Positions 38,314-51,861 of a stretch of DNA of 64,000 nt are shown piece by piece; positions within the stretch are counted from its first letter, which is position 1; every line of letters starts with the position of its first letter. The notes under the pieces are model-generated. The model was not told where the DNA came from and made no database searches. It was given only the letters and a program-made list of their open reading frames with translations. A program made the translations under genes and the position numbers. This stretch comes from Octopus vulgaris (lineage: Eukaryota): contig OX597814.1 of assembly GCA_951406725.2 (NCBI GenBank), positions 83,452,001 to 83,516,000 of the forward strand. Reading direction: 5' to 3'.

Positions 38314-40162
38314 ATGCACACACACACACACACACATTTGTATGAAGCTCCTAATTCACTACAGCACCAATCAAAGTTTCTTACTTCTACAAATTGACAT
38401 CTGTAGAATTGCATTAAACAAGAAACTCTGAGTCAACTAAGTGTATCATCAGCTTTGTACAAATAAATATATTTAGGTAATAACACAAACTTTTCTCTTT
38501 CATTTTTACTCTGGCTTTATGCTTTCAGAACATACCTCTCTGCTACTAAGCAGATCAACTACTTTTAAGTATCTCTCTAAGAATTTGGAATATTTCATTT
38601 CATACCTTTCCTTACTGCTAACTGCTCTTGTACATCAGCTACATGCAACATCTTTCTTATGTCGGCCTACTTGTGATCTCACTGTATTTCTTGTACACAC
38701 ATAGTTTACATTAGACACCCCATACTGAATGCTTACCTACCTATTTTCTGTGTGTTTAGCATGGCCACATCCCCAACAGCAGTAAAGTCCTCTCTTCTTA
38801 CCTGCTTCCTAAAACTTTTGCCTTTGCTAGTTTTACTGCAAGCCTCTTGATCCTAGGCTGTGCTTCTCTCTTTAGAATTTCTTCTCTAAATTATTCAACA
38901 GAATCAGTTGAGAATTTAGTCATTGACATATAGAAGTTCTCACTAACAGACAATTTTCCATTACTGTTTTAGCCCGAAGAGCTGTATTAAACAAGAGCAG
39001 GCTAAATTTTACCTGCATGCTAAATTCCTTGCTGAATTCATTACTAACAGATTTGTAGCATCTTTGTACCTGGTTTGCCTGGCTGTCACAAGTCATTCAT
39101 CTACACATAGTTTTCTTAATGACAACTAAACTACTGGATGTAGTATCTTGTCAAAGGTCTGACTGATTATGTGAGTGACTAGCATATATCTCACATTGCT
39201 GGATATTTCTAACATTTCAATGACTATCCTAATGGACTGGTTTCTTTCCTTGCCATCATGGTGTTAATGACCATTTGGACTGCATAGCGGTCTACTTAAA
39301 GTAATAATTCAGCAACCACTTGTAGTAGCATTTCCATGTCTCTTCTTGGTAGACTTCTATTTGATAGACTTCTTTTTCAGAATGACATTTTCTCGGTTTT
39401 TTTAACTGTGATATACATAGCAATTGAAATTTTTGGTGAATTTAGTTTGTTGAGTAATTACATATCAAAACAGAAAACTGAAAAAATCTGGTATATTTTT
39501 AATTCTGTATTACACATGTTTCAATACAAGATAGGAGTTACAAAGGTTACATGTATAGAATTTCCTATCCGTAATTCTCCAGACATTTTGTTTTTAATCT
39601 TTGAAGAATTACACTTAGGAGATTCTATACATGATTTTTCTACATGTATACCTTTGCAACTCCTATCTTGTAATGTAAAGCATGTTAGATTGAATTAAAA
39701 ATATACCAATTTTTTACCAGTCTCCTGTTTAGATATATACTACTACTACTACTACTGCACACACACACATAAAATGAGTATATAGATATAAATTATATAG
39801 GTGGGTTTTGTAATAGCTCTCAGGTATATTCCAGTTCTGGCTACCCACATCAAATAGTAATAAGCATCAATGATCATTTAGTATGAGTAATCCTGCTATA
39901 ATTCTTTTGATGGGTAAATCTGGGTTTACCTCTCTGGATTATGAGTATTTTGGGGAGTATAAATTTCAGACAATTACAAAGAATATGGAGATTGGTACAT
40001 CTTCAAATTTTTCTTTTAATTTAACAGTTAGTAATACAGCATAATTAGATAGTTAAAATGACACATGCTTCTACTGCACAGAGTATGTACAGAAGCATAT
40101 GCAACCCTCAATATTCTGCTATGCACTTTTATTCATGATCTTTCTACAAGCATGGTTCAAAG

Positions 40163-40318
40163 CAGGGGCAGACTGAGAGTATTGAGGGCCCTCTGGCATA
40201 ACTGTTTACTGGGCCCCTTAGCATTGATATGAGTAGAATTAACATATAGAGTGTGGGCCCCTCAGAGCTCTGGGCCCTCGGGCAGTGCACAATTGACTGC
40301 CAGTTCAGTCTACCCCTG
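40163..40318. mobile_element. hAT-type MITE
   Basis: Perfect 8-bp TSD gttcaaag (40155-62, 40319-26); TIRs caggggcagactg / cagtctacccctg 12/13 complementary. Confidence 0.88.
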
Positions 40319-41010
40319 GTTCAAAGCAAACTGAGTTTATTTATTTGTGGCTAGCTTATTTCATTATTCTATTATGTTTAAGATACAAAAGGAAGGCAAT
40401 GGAAATATGTTGAAATCTGATATTGGCTATAAAATTTATTTTGTAGCTGACCTCAAGTTAACCTTAGTTCCAGGACAAATTTTGTCTAAGGTGCTACATA
40501 GTGGAATTGAACCTGGAACCATGTGGAGAGAAACCAAATTTCTTAATCACATAGTCAAGCTTAGTTGAATATCAATTCACTGGCTCCTGTGAAGAAAAGT
40601 AAGAGTGTTACAACTTTCAGACAGGAAGGAAACACTCTTGTCACCTACATTCTCTAGCAACTCAGTTGTTGGCAAATTAGTTAAATCTGAATAATAATTC
40701 TGCACAAATTTATTATTCCATATACATTGTTTAGATTTTTATAACTTTTCAAAATTTGCATTATAACTTATTATAAAACAAAATTACACACAAGCATTAC
40801 AGCAATGGCATTCTCATCAATATATTTCTAATTTATTTAACTGAAGAGACAAGAATATGATTCAAAAGAGGAGAAATGGGAATTTACTACAAGCATTTAA
40901 AGGAATTATATTTTGGAGTCATGATGGGTATATTGGGTTTCATATGTTTGTACCCCAGTGTCACTTTGATGGCATGCATTGCTCTCTTAATCAATAATAA
41001 TAATGATAAT

Positions 41011-41198
41011 TTTGGCACAAGGTTAGCAATTTGGGGGAGGGGGTAAGTCAATTACATTGACCCCAGTACTCAACTAGTACTTATTTTATCAACCCCAAAA
41101 AGATGAAAACGAAGTTAACCATGGCAGAATTTCAACTCATAACATGAAAATGGACAAAATACCACTAAGCATTTCACCCAGTGTGCTAATGGTTCTGC
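41011..41198 (-). mobile_element. SINE, second family (central gcctttcatcct...taaaataagtacc motif)
   Basis: Inverse of 44562-44775; followed by (AAT)n. Confidence 0.75.
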
Positions 41199-41246
<48 letters not shown>

Positions 41247-41250
41247 TAAT
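41199..41250. repeat. (AAT)n microsatellite
   Basis: Direct reading. Confidence 0.95.
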
Positions 41251-41835
41251 AACCATTTCTTACATTGCCTAAAGTCTAGTTATGTGGGGCTGTGGGTGAA
41301 GAATTGTTTAACAACTGTAATCAACCTCATCTTTTCACTTTTATGAATCTTTTATACACACACACAAACATATGCATATATATATATATACATACAGAAT
41401 GAGAAAGAAAGAATGTATGGAATATAGACTGTGGGAGATGGAAAGAAAATATGAAAATTACACAGATAGAAATGGAAAGAGAATGCAGAAAGTAGACAGA
41501 GATGGAGAGAAAGAAAAAAAGAGAGAGAAAATTATGGGAAGATTTGAATGCTATTTCTAGTATGTTGAGTGGCTGTTCCAGCTGTAAAGATAGATTCATA
41601 TAAATTAAATGGTTTTTTATTATAAAAAGTAAACAAAAATACTATTTAACTGAAAATTTTAGAAGAGAAAAAAAATCTATAATCTTATATATACACACAC
41701 ACACTTACATACATACATACATGTATACATACATGTGATTACGGTAAGGTTACATGCTTAAGTAAAGATAGATTTTCTGTCCCCAAAACACAATTATACC
41801 CTGAGGAGAAAAAGATATCTATATTTATTTGACCT

Positions 41836-42449
41836 TCGAACGTTGGGCCTCACAGAGGAAATGACAAAAGACAGAGACCTCCGGAGATATGCTAGCAAAT
41901 AAAGTGACATCACAGCTGTAACCTACACCAGTGTTGCATAACCAGCCAACTCAAAAACCAGCTTCGGCTCATAGGGCAACATGCCATGCTTGAGGAGACC
42001 TATTGAATCAAGTACATCAATATCAAAATGAAATCAAATGGAAATTGTAATTGTGGTCCCCGTGCCATTGGCACATAAAAAGCACCATCTGAATGTGGTC
42101 GATGCCAACCCTCTCGCCCCGACTGGCTTCTGTGCTGGTGGCACATAAAAAGCACCATTTGAACGTGGCTGATGCCAGCGCGACCTTCACTGGCTCCTGT
42201 GCCGGTGGCAAGTAAAAAACACCATCCAATCATGGTCGATACCAGCCCCCTCTGGCCCCTGTGCTGGTGGCACATAAAAAGAACCCACTACACTCTCAGA
42301 GTGGTTGGCATTAGGAAGGGCATCCAGCTGTAGAAACATTGCCAGATCAGACTGGTGTCTGGTGCAGCCTTCTGGATTTCCAGACCCCAGTCAAACTGTC
42401 CAACCCATGCCAGCATGGAAAACGGATGTTAAATGATGACGATGATGAT
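41836..42449 (+). mobile_element. RTE 3' UTR copy carrying a 4-unit ~65-bp minisatellite
   Basis: Shared RTE tail ending gatgacgatgatgat; repeated ggcacataaaaagcacc units at 42061-42288. Confidence 0.8.
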
Positions 42450-43496
42450 ACGTATGTGCGATTTTTTCATATGCCAAGTGACTATATTGCAGCTGTAAAG
42501 ATATGTACATATATATAACTATATATCTTAGTGTGTCTGTTTCTATGTGTGAATTTTTGATTCATGAAATTATCTTCTCCCCCCTGTTTGTCAGTGATGC
42601 TGAGAATTCTTGTCTTTATGTTCAGTCTTAAAATCAAATATATATTCCATGAAATGATAATAGACTGAAACCCTGTTTTCAAATTCTTAACAAGTTTACA
42701 AAACTAGTGCTAGCTCATAGCCTTGTGCACTACAATAATGATGATGAAAGGACTGCTTGTTGATTGGCAGTTCTTATCCTTTCTTGTAATTGTTAAAAAA
42801 TATTCCCACCACCATTACCAAAAAAAAATCCATATTTAGCAATATGAGACAAAAATGATTCTCTTCTTGTGATTTCAAGTTTTGGTTTACTCTCTGAACA
42901 TAAAACATGAATTAAGATTTTGCTCTACACTCTTCACATGAATTTGCCTGGCTGGGAAAATCACCTCTAATAATCTGTATTGTGCTTCTCTTGACTATAA
43001 TGAGTTTCTTTAGACCATAATGAGCTGTTCAAGATGGCCTGGGAATTTTTTTTTCTTTACAGCTGGAAATGTATTCAATTTCCAAACTCAGATCTTGATG
43101 TAGTTTAATTATGTATTCTGTTTTCAACACTAGATAATGCAATCATAAAAGCAGCAATAAAGTTCTTAAATTAATCACTAAACTGTTATAGCTATTTGTT
43201 TACATGGACAACAATAATAATTACAACATTAAAATTGAGAAAACAGTCCACCACAGATTCACATTCCCTACTTTTATCATTACATTATCTCATGTTGAAA
43301 AGACTATAAAACATTTTGCCTCCACTTTCATAGATCTATTAAACTGTCACTCTTTTCTGTTATTAACCTCCCATGCAAGTGGAGGGAGCTTCACCCATTT
43401 TAATGTGGTCCTAATCTCTATTGTCTTAGGTGTTCCCGTTTTTTTCTATCTTTTTTCTGCTCATGCACATCTTTTCTCTCTCCCTCTCTCCACACG

Positions 43497-43533
<37 letters not shown>

Positions 43534-43972
43534 GTCTATCTTTCTATCACTTTCTTTCTTTATACTACACAGGCTGTAACAAAGCATTAGATGCTACAGA
43601 TATCAAAGACATCATCCTATGTGTAAGATTACAGCATTGCCATAAACTTATTAGAGCAATTGCTTTTATGTTGTTTCTTGACTGGATAGAAATAGCCACC
43701 TAAATTCTTTCAAATCACACCCTGCCATCTTAAAAAAATGTAGGGCAAAACATTGTGTAATGCAGTCCTAAAAACACTATTCCTGAAAAAAGATGGTCAC
43801 AGCTGGAACATTCAATTAGTTTTCTAATCAGGACACAACAATCTTACTTGAACAGATTTATAAGTTATATGTCAGTCTACTTTTATCAAATGCCTCAACT
43901 GATTTTATATTTCTAATACTTATATATATATTATTAATATTTTTCACTTATTATCTGCTTGTTTCTTTACAG

Positions 43973-44023
43973 ACAAATAAAAAAATAATCCGCAAAAAAT
44001 ATTACATGGGACCTATGTTTAAG
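43973..44023 (+). CDS. CNGB1: Internal 51-nt exon (phase 0 to 0) of the CNG channel beta subunit, S2-S3 loop
   Basis: ttgtttctttacAG acceptor and AAG/GTAAGA donor. Translates TNKKIIRKKYYMGPMFK, in frame with the previous exon and similar to vertebrate CNGB1 TDKKDMRNNYLKSRRFK (recalled). Too short for the ORF track. Confidence 0.88.
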
Positions 44024-44310
44024 GTAAGAAATTCATGAATTATTTTAAATACGACATCGCTGGAAGTAAAAAATGCACTATTTTTATTACTAGGCCAGTT
44101 GGAAGACAGGGTGGGTGTTAGAATGAGTAGAGCCATGGAAAAATTATCTTTTAGAGTTTAGTTTTGCCAGTTATGTTCCAAGTTCAGATCCAACTAAGGT
44201 CAACTATGATGTTCCCTATACATGAGTTGACAAAATTAAGTTCCAGGTCCATATATTTAACTGTACACCTTCCAAACCTTGTGGACTTGTGTTAGTGTTA
44301 GCATAATATT

Positions 44311-44532
44311 GATTCCAAATTTCGGCACAATGCCAGCAAGTCTGGGAGAGAGGAAAAGTTGATTATATTGATCCCAGTCCACAACTGGTACATATTTTAT
44401 CAACCTGAAAAGGATGAAAGGCGATGAGGCAAAGTCAACCTTGACAACATTTGAACTCAGAAGGTAAAGATGAACAAATTGTCACTAAGCATTTTGTCTG
44501 GAATGCTAACAATTCTGCCAGCTCATCACCTT
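44311..44532 (-). mobile_element. SINE (second family) with 19-bp TSD
   Basis: TSD ttagtgtta(g/t)cataatatt at 44292-44310 and 44531-44549. Confidence 0.85.
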
Positions 44533-44561
44533 AGTGTTATCATAATATTAATATCATTGTA

Positions 44562-44775
44562 AGGCAATGAGCTGACAGAATCATTAGCATACCAGGCAAA
44601 ATGCTTAGTAATATTTTGTCTCCTTTTACATTCTGGGTTCAAATTCTGCTGAGGTCAGTTTTGCCTTTTATCTTTAGAGAGTCTATAAAATAAGTACCAG
44701 TCGAGCAATGGGGTTGATGTAAGTGATTTACCCATTTCCCCCAAATTTCCTGGCCTTGTGCGAAAATTTGAGACC
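44562..44775 (+). mobile_element. SINE (second family) with 18-bp TSD
   Basis: TSD aatattaatatc(a/c)ttgta at 44544-44561 and 44776-44793; B-box-like ggttcaaattc. Confidence 0.85.
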
Positions 44776-44908
44776 AATATTAATATCCTTGTATCTTTAA
44801 TATAAGGGATCCACTTTTGCTAAGGGAAGTAAGTTGAGTAAAAGATTGTTGGTGGTCATGATAGTCATGCTGACTGTAGTGAGGTCGATGATGATACTGA
44901 TATATACA

Positions 44909-44946
<38 letters not shown>

Positions 44947-45894
44947 AGAGAGAGAATTAAAACAGGAGTTGAAGGAAGAAGCAAATTGGACTAGAAATTT
45001 TAACACAACTCATGAATACAATGGTTTATCCATCTGTCACAGAGAATGAGACAGTGAGAGAAAATTTTAAATATGGGTTGAGATTTAGTGTGTTAGTAAA
45101 GGAAGGTGATAACAGTGAAAGCTGGAGAAAAAAAAGAAACAAAAAGGGACTCCAATGAATCGATATACAGACGCATAGTTATACAGTTTTCTCTCGAGAC
45201 TATTTCTGTAGTAAAAAGCCTTTTCACATCCAACTGTACTTGAACATGCTAAATGTGACCCTACACACCAACATTAGTTATATCATAGCAGAATATTATA
45301 GACAGATGTCTTCAATTTCATCCCAGAGTGAAGATTGTTGAAAGTGTTTGCTACATACATTATTTTTTTAACAAATTTTAAGCAAGTTCAATAATATAGT
45401 CACAATGGAATAGTGAAGAGAAGTAAACCAGTATTTTCTCAGTTTTCTAAATAGCACGTTCACTTTTTGTTGTAAAGATAAAAGATAAAATAACATCTCT
45501 CAGGGTAGAAGAGTTGACAATGCTATAATAAAGAATATTGTTTTGTTTTCAAAGATGCTCTCTCCTAAGACTATGCCTACTGTACTACCTATGTGGACTT
45601 ATACACTATCACTTGAAATAAATTCTTCAGGAAAAGAAAAAGCAGGACCAAACAAAATGCTTTATATTTAATGTTATTAAGTGTTCAATAAATTAGTTAA
45701 GTCTGTTTACACTTTGATTTCAAATCCCATTGAGGACAATTATGACTTCAATGTCTCCAGGTCTGATAAATGAATTACTGGGGAGGAATGGGATGTCAGT
45801 TAAACTGACTGTACACCCTCTTCAGTAAATGTATTGCTTAGTTTTCATGTAAGAAATCAGCATAATTTTTATCATCATTATTATTAGTAGTAGT

Positions 45895-46110
45895 GAGAGG
45901 GTGGTGGATTTGCTGACTCAATAGAGTGTTGTGGCATTTGTTCTGGTCGTTTATATTTCTGATTCAAACCTTGCCAAGATCAACTTTGTTCTTCATCCTT
46001 GTATAATGTTTGATGAAATAAAGCATTAACCAAGTACTGGGGTTGATATAATTGGCTAATTACCCCACCACCACCTACCCAGATTTGTACCTCATGCCTA
46101 TGTTATAAAT
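45895..46110 (+). mobile_element. Older SINE copy (second family)
   Basis: Degenerate match to 44562-44775; followed by (AGT)n. Confidence 0.6.
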
Positions 46111-46118
46111 TAATTATA

Positions 46119-46119
46119 T

Positions 46120-46163
<44 letters not shown>
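46119..46163. repeat. (AGT)n microsatellite
   Basis: Direct reading. Confidence 0.95.
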
Positions 46164-46164
<1 letters not shown>

Positions 46165-47059
46165 AGTTTGACGAAGGGCACAACTTGTAGAAACAAATGA
46201 CATCCCTTAAAGTATGTAGCTATGTCCATTTATGTTCTTCTGAGTTGAAATTCCCCAAGAATTAACTATGGCTATTCATCCATCCAAGGAATAGATGCAA
46301 TAAAGTACTAGTCAAGGACTGCAGTCAATTCAATTGATTATAAAATTATCTGGCTTTTTGCCAATATAAGAAATCATTATTATTTCGTGGCGGTGGCTGC
46401 TGCTGTTGTTGTTGATGATGATGATGATTCCTAAGATTTATTAAATCCTACAGATTGTAAGGTAAAAACAAAAATTACCTTGCTAGATTTTGATGAAGAT
46501 ATTTGCAAATTAGAAATATTAATAAATTCAGCTATCCAATAATGTGTGTCTATACAGTTACATCTGTGTGTGTATATATACATAGAGTGAATGTGGGGGA
46601 GATTAAATTTGTTTTAAATCTGAAATGGCTTGAGCATAATCAAACCTTAACTTTATTAGAAGTTTACATTTAGGAACTTTGATATTTTAATGTAGTAAAA
46701 AAAACCTCTACACTAGCATCTTGGAGAATAAAATGTCAGAGGTTGATGTTGTAATAGATATTGGTAAAAGACTGTCGAAGAAATATGAGAAGTGAAGAAA
46801 AGAAAATAGCCACTTTTGTTTTATTTCATATTATTTTATTGAGTAGATTGGAAATATCTTGCACAACATATGTGAAATGCCAGAGAAGCCTCGGTGAAAG
46901 ATCACTTAAAGATCATATCAATTGAGAAAGAAAAGAAATATATATGATGTATTTGATACAGTATATAAAAATAAGTTCAAAATTTGAATCGAATAGGAAT
47001 ACAAGAAGTGTGTGTGTGTGCATGCACGCATGTGTATGTGTGTGTGTGTGAAGGTTTAC

Positions 47060-47760
47060 TGGACTTCCTGATCTGGAAACCCAGGTGCTAGGCTGCTTTA
47101 TTTATTCCCTTACTATTTTAGGAATATCTCTCTCCCTTTTTTTTTTTTCTACTTGCTGAGACTGAATCTGGAAGAAGAGGTTAGAGCCCATGGCCCTTGA
47201 AGGCCCTCCAACATGTTGAGCTTAATGTCATTAATGTTCTACTTCAACTGTTGTGTGTAAACACCTGCAGAAAAGATGCTAGCAAGGAGGAGATTCTAGT
47301 GGGCCATGTTCTGAAGAAGAAGAAGGAATCAGCATAGTGGTTCATGCAAGGAAAGGGGGAATTGGATGTAGGAAGAGTGCAAGAGGCAGAGACTTAATTG
47401 GATCAGAGGTACCTGGGTGATAGAGTAGTAAAAGAAAAAGAAGCAGAGAGAAGAGACAGCTTGTGTATGGGCCAGAGGCTGGAGTGTGCCCTTTGTGATG
47501 GGATGCAAATCATCCAAGTGGCCTTTCTCTGGATGCAGTACAGGATACAAGCAGTGAGAAGTAGAGTAGTAACAGCACCATCCCTAGGTTTGGGTACAGT
47601 ATTCCATTGTGGGCCTTACTTGAGCTTTGTAATATCATTAGTTGTAAGGGATTAAAATATTTTCTGACCCTAAAGAGAAGGACTAGTTTTTGGAATGCAG
47701 TCCTAACTATACTTGAGGACGTATTTCATCTTGAAAGATCCTCAGTGATAAGAAAGCCTA
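47060..47760 (-). mobile_element. CR1/Jockey-group LINE 3' fragment
   Basis: Minus strand YKAQVRPTMEYC and LQPLAHTQAVSSLCFFFFYY (cf. LQPLSHRR.VASL..FY.YY). Confidence 0.7.
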
Positions 47761-48651
47761 GCAGTTAGACTGACTGTCAGGGTTCTAGTTCAGTACAACT
47801 CATGTTTAAAGGGTGTGTGGTGTGGAGATGTTTTATTTATATGATTAGTACTTGAATGTGATGTAGAAAATTAGATTATCACCTATGCAATATGACTGCA
47901 TCACTTTCGTGTAACAGATAACTGAATATGAAATAGCTGAATTAAAAAACATTAGGTAAACATCACTAGCCCTGCATTGAATCCATGATCAAGACTCTTA
48001 TCTTTAAAAACTATTTTGTTGTAAGGAGAAATAACAAACCAATGTTGTCAGTGATGGTTTCTCCCTCCCACCAGATATTGTTTGTTTGTTTTTTAATTTC
48101 ATATAGATATAATCTTTGAAATAACTCGTATATATTCAATATGATAATATGTCATGTGCATTTGTGTATATACATTTTCTCTCTAACTCATGAATGAAAT
48201 AAAATGCTAGAGTGGGAATGAAAAGAGAGAGAGAGTAAAACAGGTGGAGAATGATAGTTAGATGAAGTAAGAAGGATAATTGCATGAATAAAAAGTGAGT
48301 GGTAAATAAAACAAGAAATTGAGGGGAAGAATAGAAAGTTAGGAAAGTGAAAGTGAGAACTAAATTCAAACAGGACAACAAAAATGAAGTCTATGACTGT
48401 GTAGCAAAAATTATGACATCATTGTTATCTTATTCTCTATCTTTTTGAAGTGTATATTATAAATGAAATAGTGGTGTAATCAGTTGAAAATCTTTATGTT
48501 CTCATGAATTAGTTTATGTGGTCAGTTGATTCTTTTTATAGAGTAAGTCTTTAAAAGACGTTCTAATAATGAAGAGTACTGAGCAAAAATTACACTGTGT
48601 AACACAATTTTTATCCTTGGATAGCAACTGTTATGTCGTCTTTTGCTTACC

Positions 48652-49010
48652 CATAGAAAGTATGAAAAAAGGCTAATATTTCCTTCAAACTTTGCTTTTG
48701 TTACATTTATTAAAACCCCAAAGAATCCTTCTCAGCACATGACCATGAAGCCCCCCCCCCCCCCATTACTTTTGCTTATGATTAGAGATGCACATATTGA
48801 CAGCCACTAAGGGTCATGCGCAAGTGGTTACAGTCAAGAAAATCTCTAATATTGAGCAGAATATTTGCTATAGTGATATTTCTGCTTCAGCAATTCAACT
48901 CTGAATCTGTCTGAAGTATAATGGAAAATAGGTCAGTTTCAAAACATTGATGTCCAAGTCACAAAAGCAAAGTTTGAAGGGAATAGTAGTCATTTCCTTT
49001 GATTTCTAGA
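48652..49010. mobile_element. MITE with ~50-bp TIRs
   Basis: tatttccttcaaactttgcttttgt vs acaaaagcaaagtttgaagggaata. Confidence 0.75.
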
Positions 49011-49169
49011 TAGAAGCACATAGGAAATAATGCTTACTGACCAAAAACAAAAACAAATAAATAAAAATTTTGTTATATAGTGTTATCAATTCCAAGGTCA
49101 TAATTTTTCATGGCATAAATTCACTTGCATGTGTATGTCTTGATTTTAGTTCCTTCCTCTTCCCATGGA

Positions 49170-49600
49170 ACATCATGCAATGTAAGATTTCCATCCAGCA
49201 TAGTCCCAAACTTTGTCATGAGCTGGCTCCAGAGCAAACTCATGCATGCTAGTTCCTCTTCCACTGTTGTCAACTAGGTGTTGAAAGATCTGTCTCATCT
49301 CTTATGTCCCTCTGTGAGGTACTCACTGGTCTCTTTGTGGGTATGTGTAGCACATGGCTGGGCATTCTCTGCTGTTTCATGTCAATGATATTTCTTAGGT
49401 TACTCGGCTGACCCTTTCCATGATTTCACTCATCATGTATTCAATACCAAGAAATTCTTAGCTAGTTTTTAAGGCAACATCTGTCAAAAACATCTGCAGT
49501 TCTATAGATTTTACATGTCTTCCTCCATGTTTCACAGGCATAAGCCACTGTCAGCATGACAATAGATATATACAGGTGGAGTTTCGTATAAATCTAACAT
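49170..49600 (-). mobile_element. RTE LINE 3' fragment
   Basis: Minus strand TKLHLYISIVMLTVAYACETW. Confidence 0.65.
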
Positions 49601-49699
49601 ACTACATTTGTGCCTAGCAACTCTACCATTTTGTGTTAGTGTTAGTCATGCATTGTGACTGTGTATGAGCAGTCCTATTTCTACAGTCTTCATAACGTT

Positions 49700-51861
49700 A
49701 TTGCATTGTATAATATTTTAAGTGATGAAAAGCAATTTCCAACTTAAAAAGGGAAATAATACTGTCAATCAAGGAAGAATGGCTACAAAATCCTAAATTT
49801 GAGGATTGGTTTCAACAAGATAAAATTTATAATGAAGTTAGCTATTGTAAATATTGTAACATTATTCTGAAAAAGGCAAATAAATTCATGCTAATGAAAC
49901 ACAAAATTTCTGTCAAACATAAAAAGTGCTTTGATGTGGCTAAATCTAGTGTTGACATTTTTCAATTTATGGTAGAGAAAGTCAGTGGAGAATGAACAAA
50001 CAGCCAAAAGTAAACTGCTGATTGCTTGTTAATTTGTTGAATACAACATTCCTTCTGCAAATGTTTATCATCTTCTGATAGCATAGAGGGAAATTCTGAA
50101 CAGTAAGATCACTGAAAAATTGTCAATGAAAACAATAAAACTTTCATATGTCATTCAGGATGGAATAGTCTTTCAAAAAAAATAGTGTTAAATGATATCT
50201 GTAAGACAGAAGTTTTCTATAATAATTGATGAAAGTACAGATATTTCAGTTACCCAAATTTTATCATATTCTTTGATCTGAATAACCATAATGCCATAGA
50301 TATAATGTTAAAAATGGAAAAGCTTTTGATATTTACATTGTTGTTTGTGTGGAAAAATATTCCTCAAGAAAATATTGGATTTGCAAGTAATAATTATTCT
50401 TCTGTAACAGGGACCAAAAATGGGTTCTGGAAATAATTGAAAGATGATGTCCCTTTTATTTTAATTGTAGTATGTATCTGTTATGTTCTTATTCTTCATG
50501 CAACATATTGCAATCATATTTAATCATTTATCATTTTGTAAATGATTTAACATCTTGCTTTTTTTCACAGTAGCAGAAAACAATGAGACTTCACACTTAA
50601 CCAAGAAGTTGTGACAACTTTTCACAAAATAACTAAACATATACAAAGGATGGCTTTTGTCTCTGTAGCAACTGCTTACTACAGAGATTAAACAGTTACT
50701 ACAGAGATAGAACAATTTCATGCTTTACCTTTTTATTTCCAAACTGAGTCAAATGTTGACAAAGTTCATAGTGCCAAGAGAACTTATGAGGCATTAAGCC
50801 ATCACAGAATGAAGCAAATGCTACTTTTCTTTCAGTATATGCTATAAAAGGTGAATTCACTAAATGTTGAATCCCAATCTGAGCATTCTTGGTGACATTG
50901 TCTCTATTTATGGATAGCATCAGAATACAAAAAGTTTTTGAGTTTCTTTATTGAAGATGAATTATGGTAAGACGTTAACTTATCAAAAATTGACCCAAGT
51001 AATGAAAATAATTACAAAAACATTAATGATGTTTACTTTGAAGAAAAGCAACAACACATTTAATTTGTGAACTTTTTATTTATGAAAACAGTATTAGAAA
51101 GTTTAAAACTGATTTTCTGAAATTGCTAGTGGAGCTTTATATTCAAAGAAAATGGTTTCTTTTCAGTGAAGGTAGAATTACTATTAAATTAAAGGTATTA
51201 TATCCAAAGGTAGTTTCTGATCCCAGTATAGCTTCTGCATTTATTTGTTTAGTTGTATATTTGCTGTCCAGTAATACCAGAGTGTTGTTTGAATTATCTT
51301 GTTGATCAATGGAGAAGTTATTGTCTAGCAGTAGACAATTTACTTATCTCCACAGAAAATTAAAGACAAAAGATGGGCTTTATAATTCAAATATAATTTA
51401 TTATCCAATTTTATGACCAATTTAACTATCTTGTCACATTTGTCAGTAGGTGCTGAAAAAATTCTCTTTCAAATGAATAGTGTTAAAACAAGAAACACTA
51501 ACTTTTTAAAAGTACGGACTATAAAAAAATAGATTATTTGCAAAGTTATCTATTACTAGAAATGCTATGGAATGCACTAAGTTGGGACTTGGAAAAAAAT
51601 CAATCAAGGCTTTGAAAGATGTTGTAAGCAAAACCTACTAGGAAAGAACAGACAAAAAATAATGATTCATTTAGTCTTCCAAAAAGATATGGTGACAGTC
51701 AGGAATAATAATTATTTTCTATATATGAAACAAAATAAAATATTGCTATATTTCTATTTAAACACAATATTTTTATAATCTAGTGGGTTTTTTTCATTTG
51801 AGTTTGGTAATTTTTCTCAGCTTGACCTGGTAGTTTCCTGAAAATCTGGTTGGTAGCTCTG
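49700..51861 (+). mobile_element. Heavily decayed hAT (Tip100-like) transposase relic
   Basis: FYIIIDESTDIS, IGFASNN.SSVTG..NG, RWL and GAEKILFQMNSVKT remnants; right end ttggtagctctg resembles an inverse CAGnGnTnCCA terminus; left end not resolved. Confidence 0.65.

Noticed and set aside
38340-39340. Possible LINE relic (ADDT- and FKYL-like words)
   Set aside because: Motifs fall on inconsistent strands and are too short to support a call.
42061-42288. CRISPR-like repeat-spacer array
   Set aside because: Eukaryotic context, no cas genes, repeats are degenerate and the spacers are homologous to each other; it is a minisatellite in an RTE 3' UTR.
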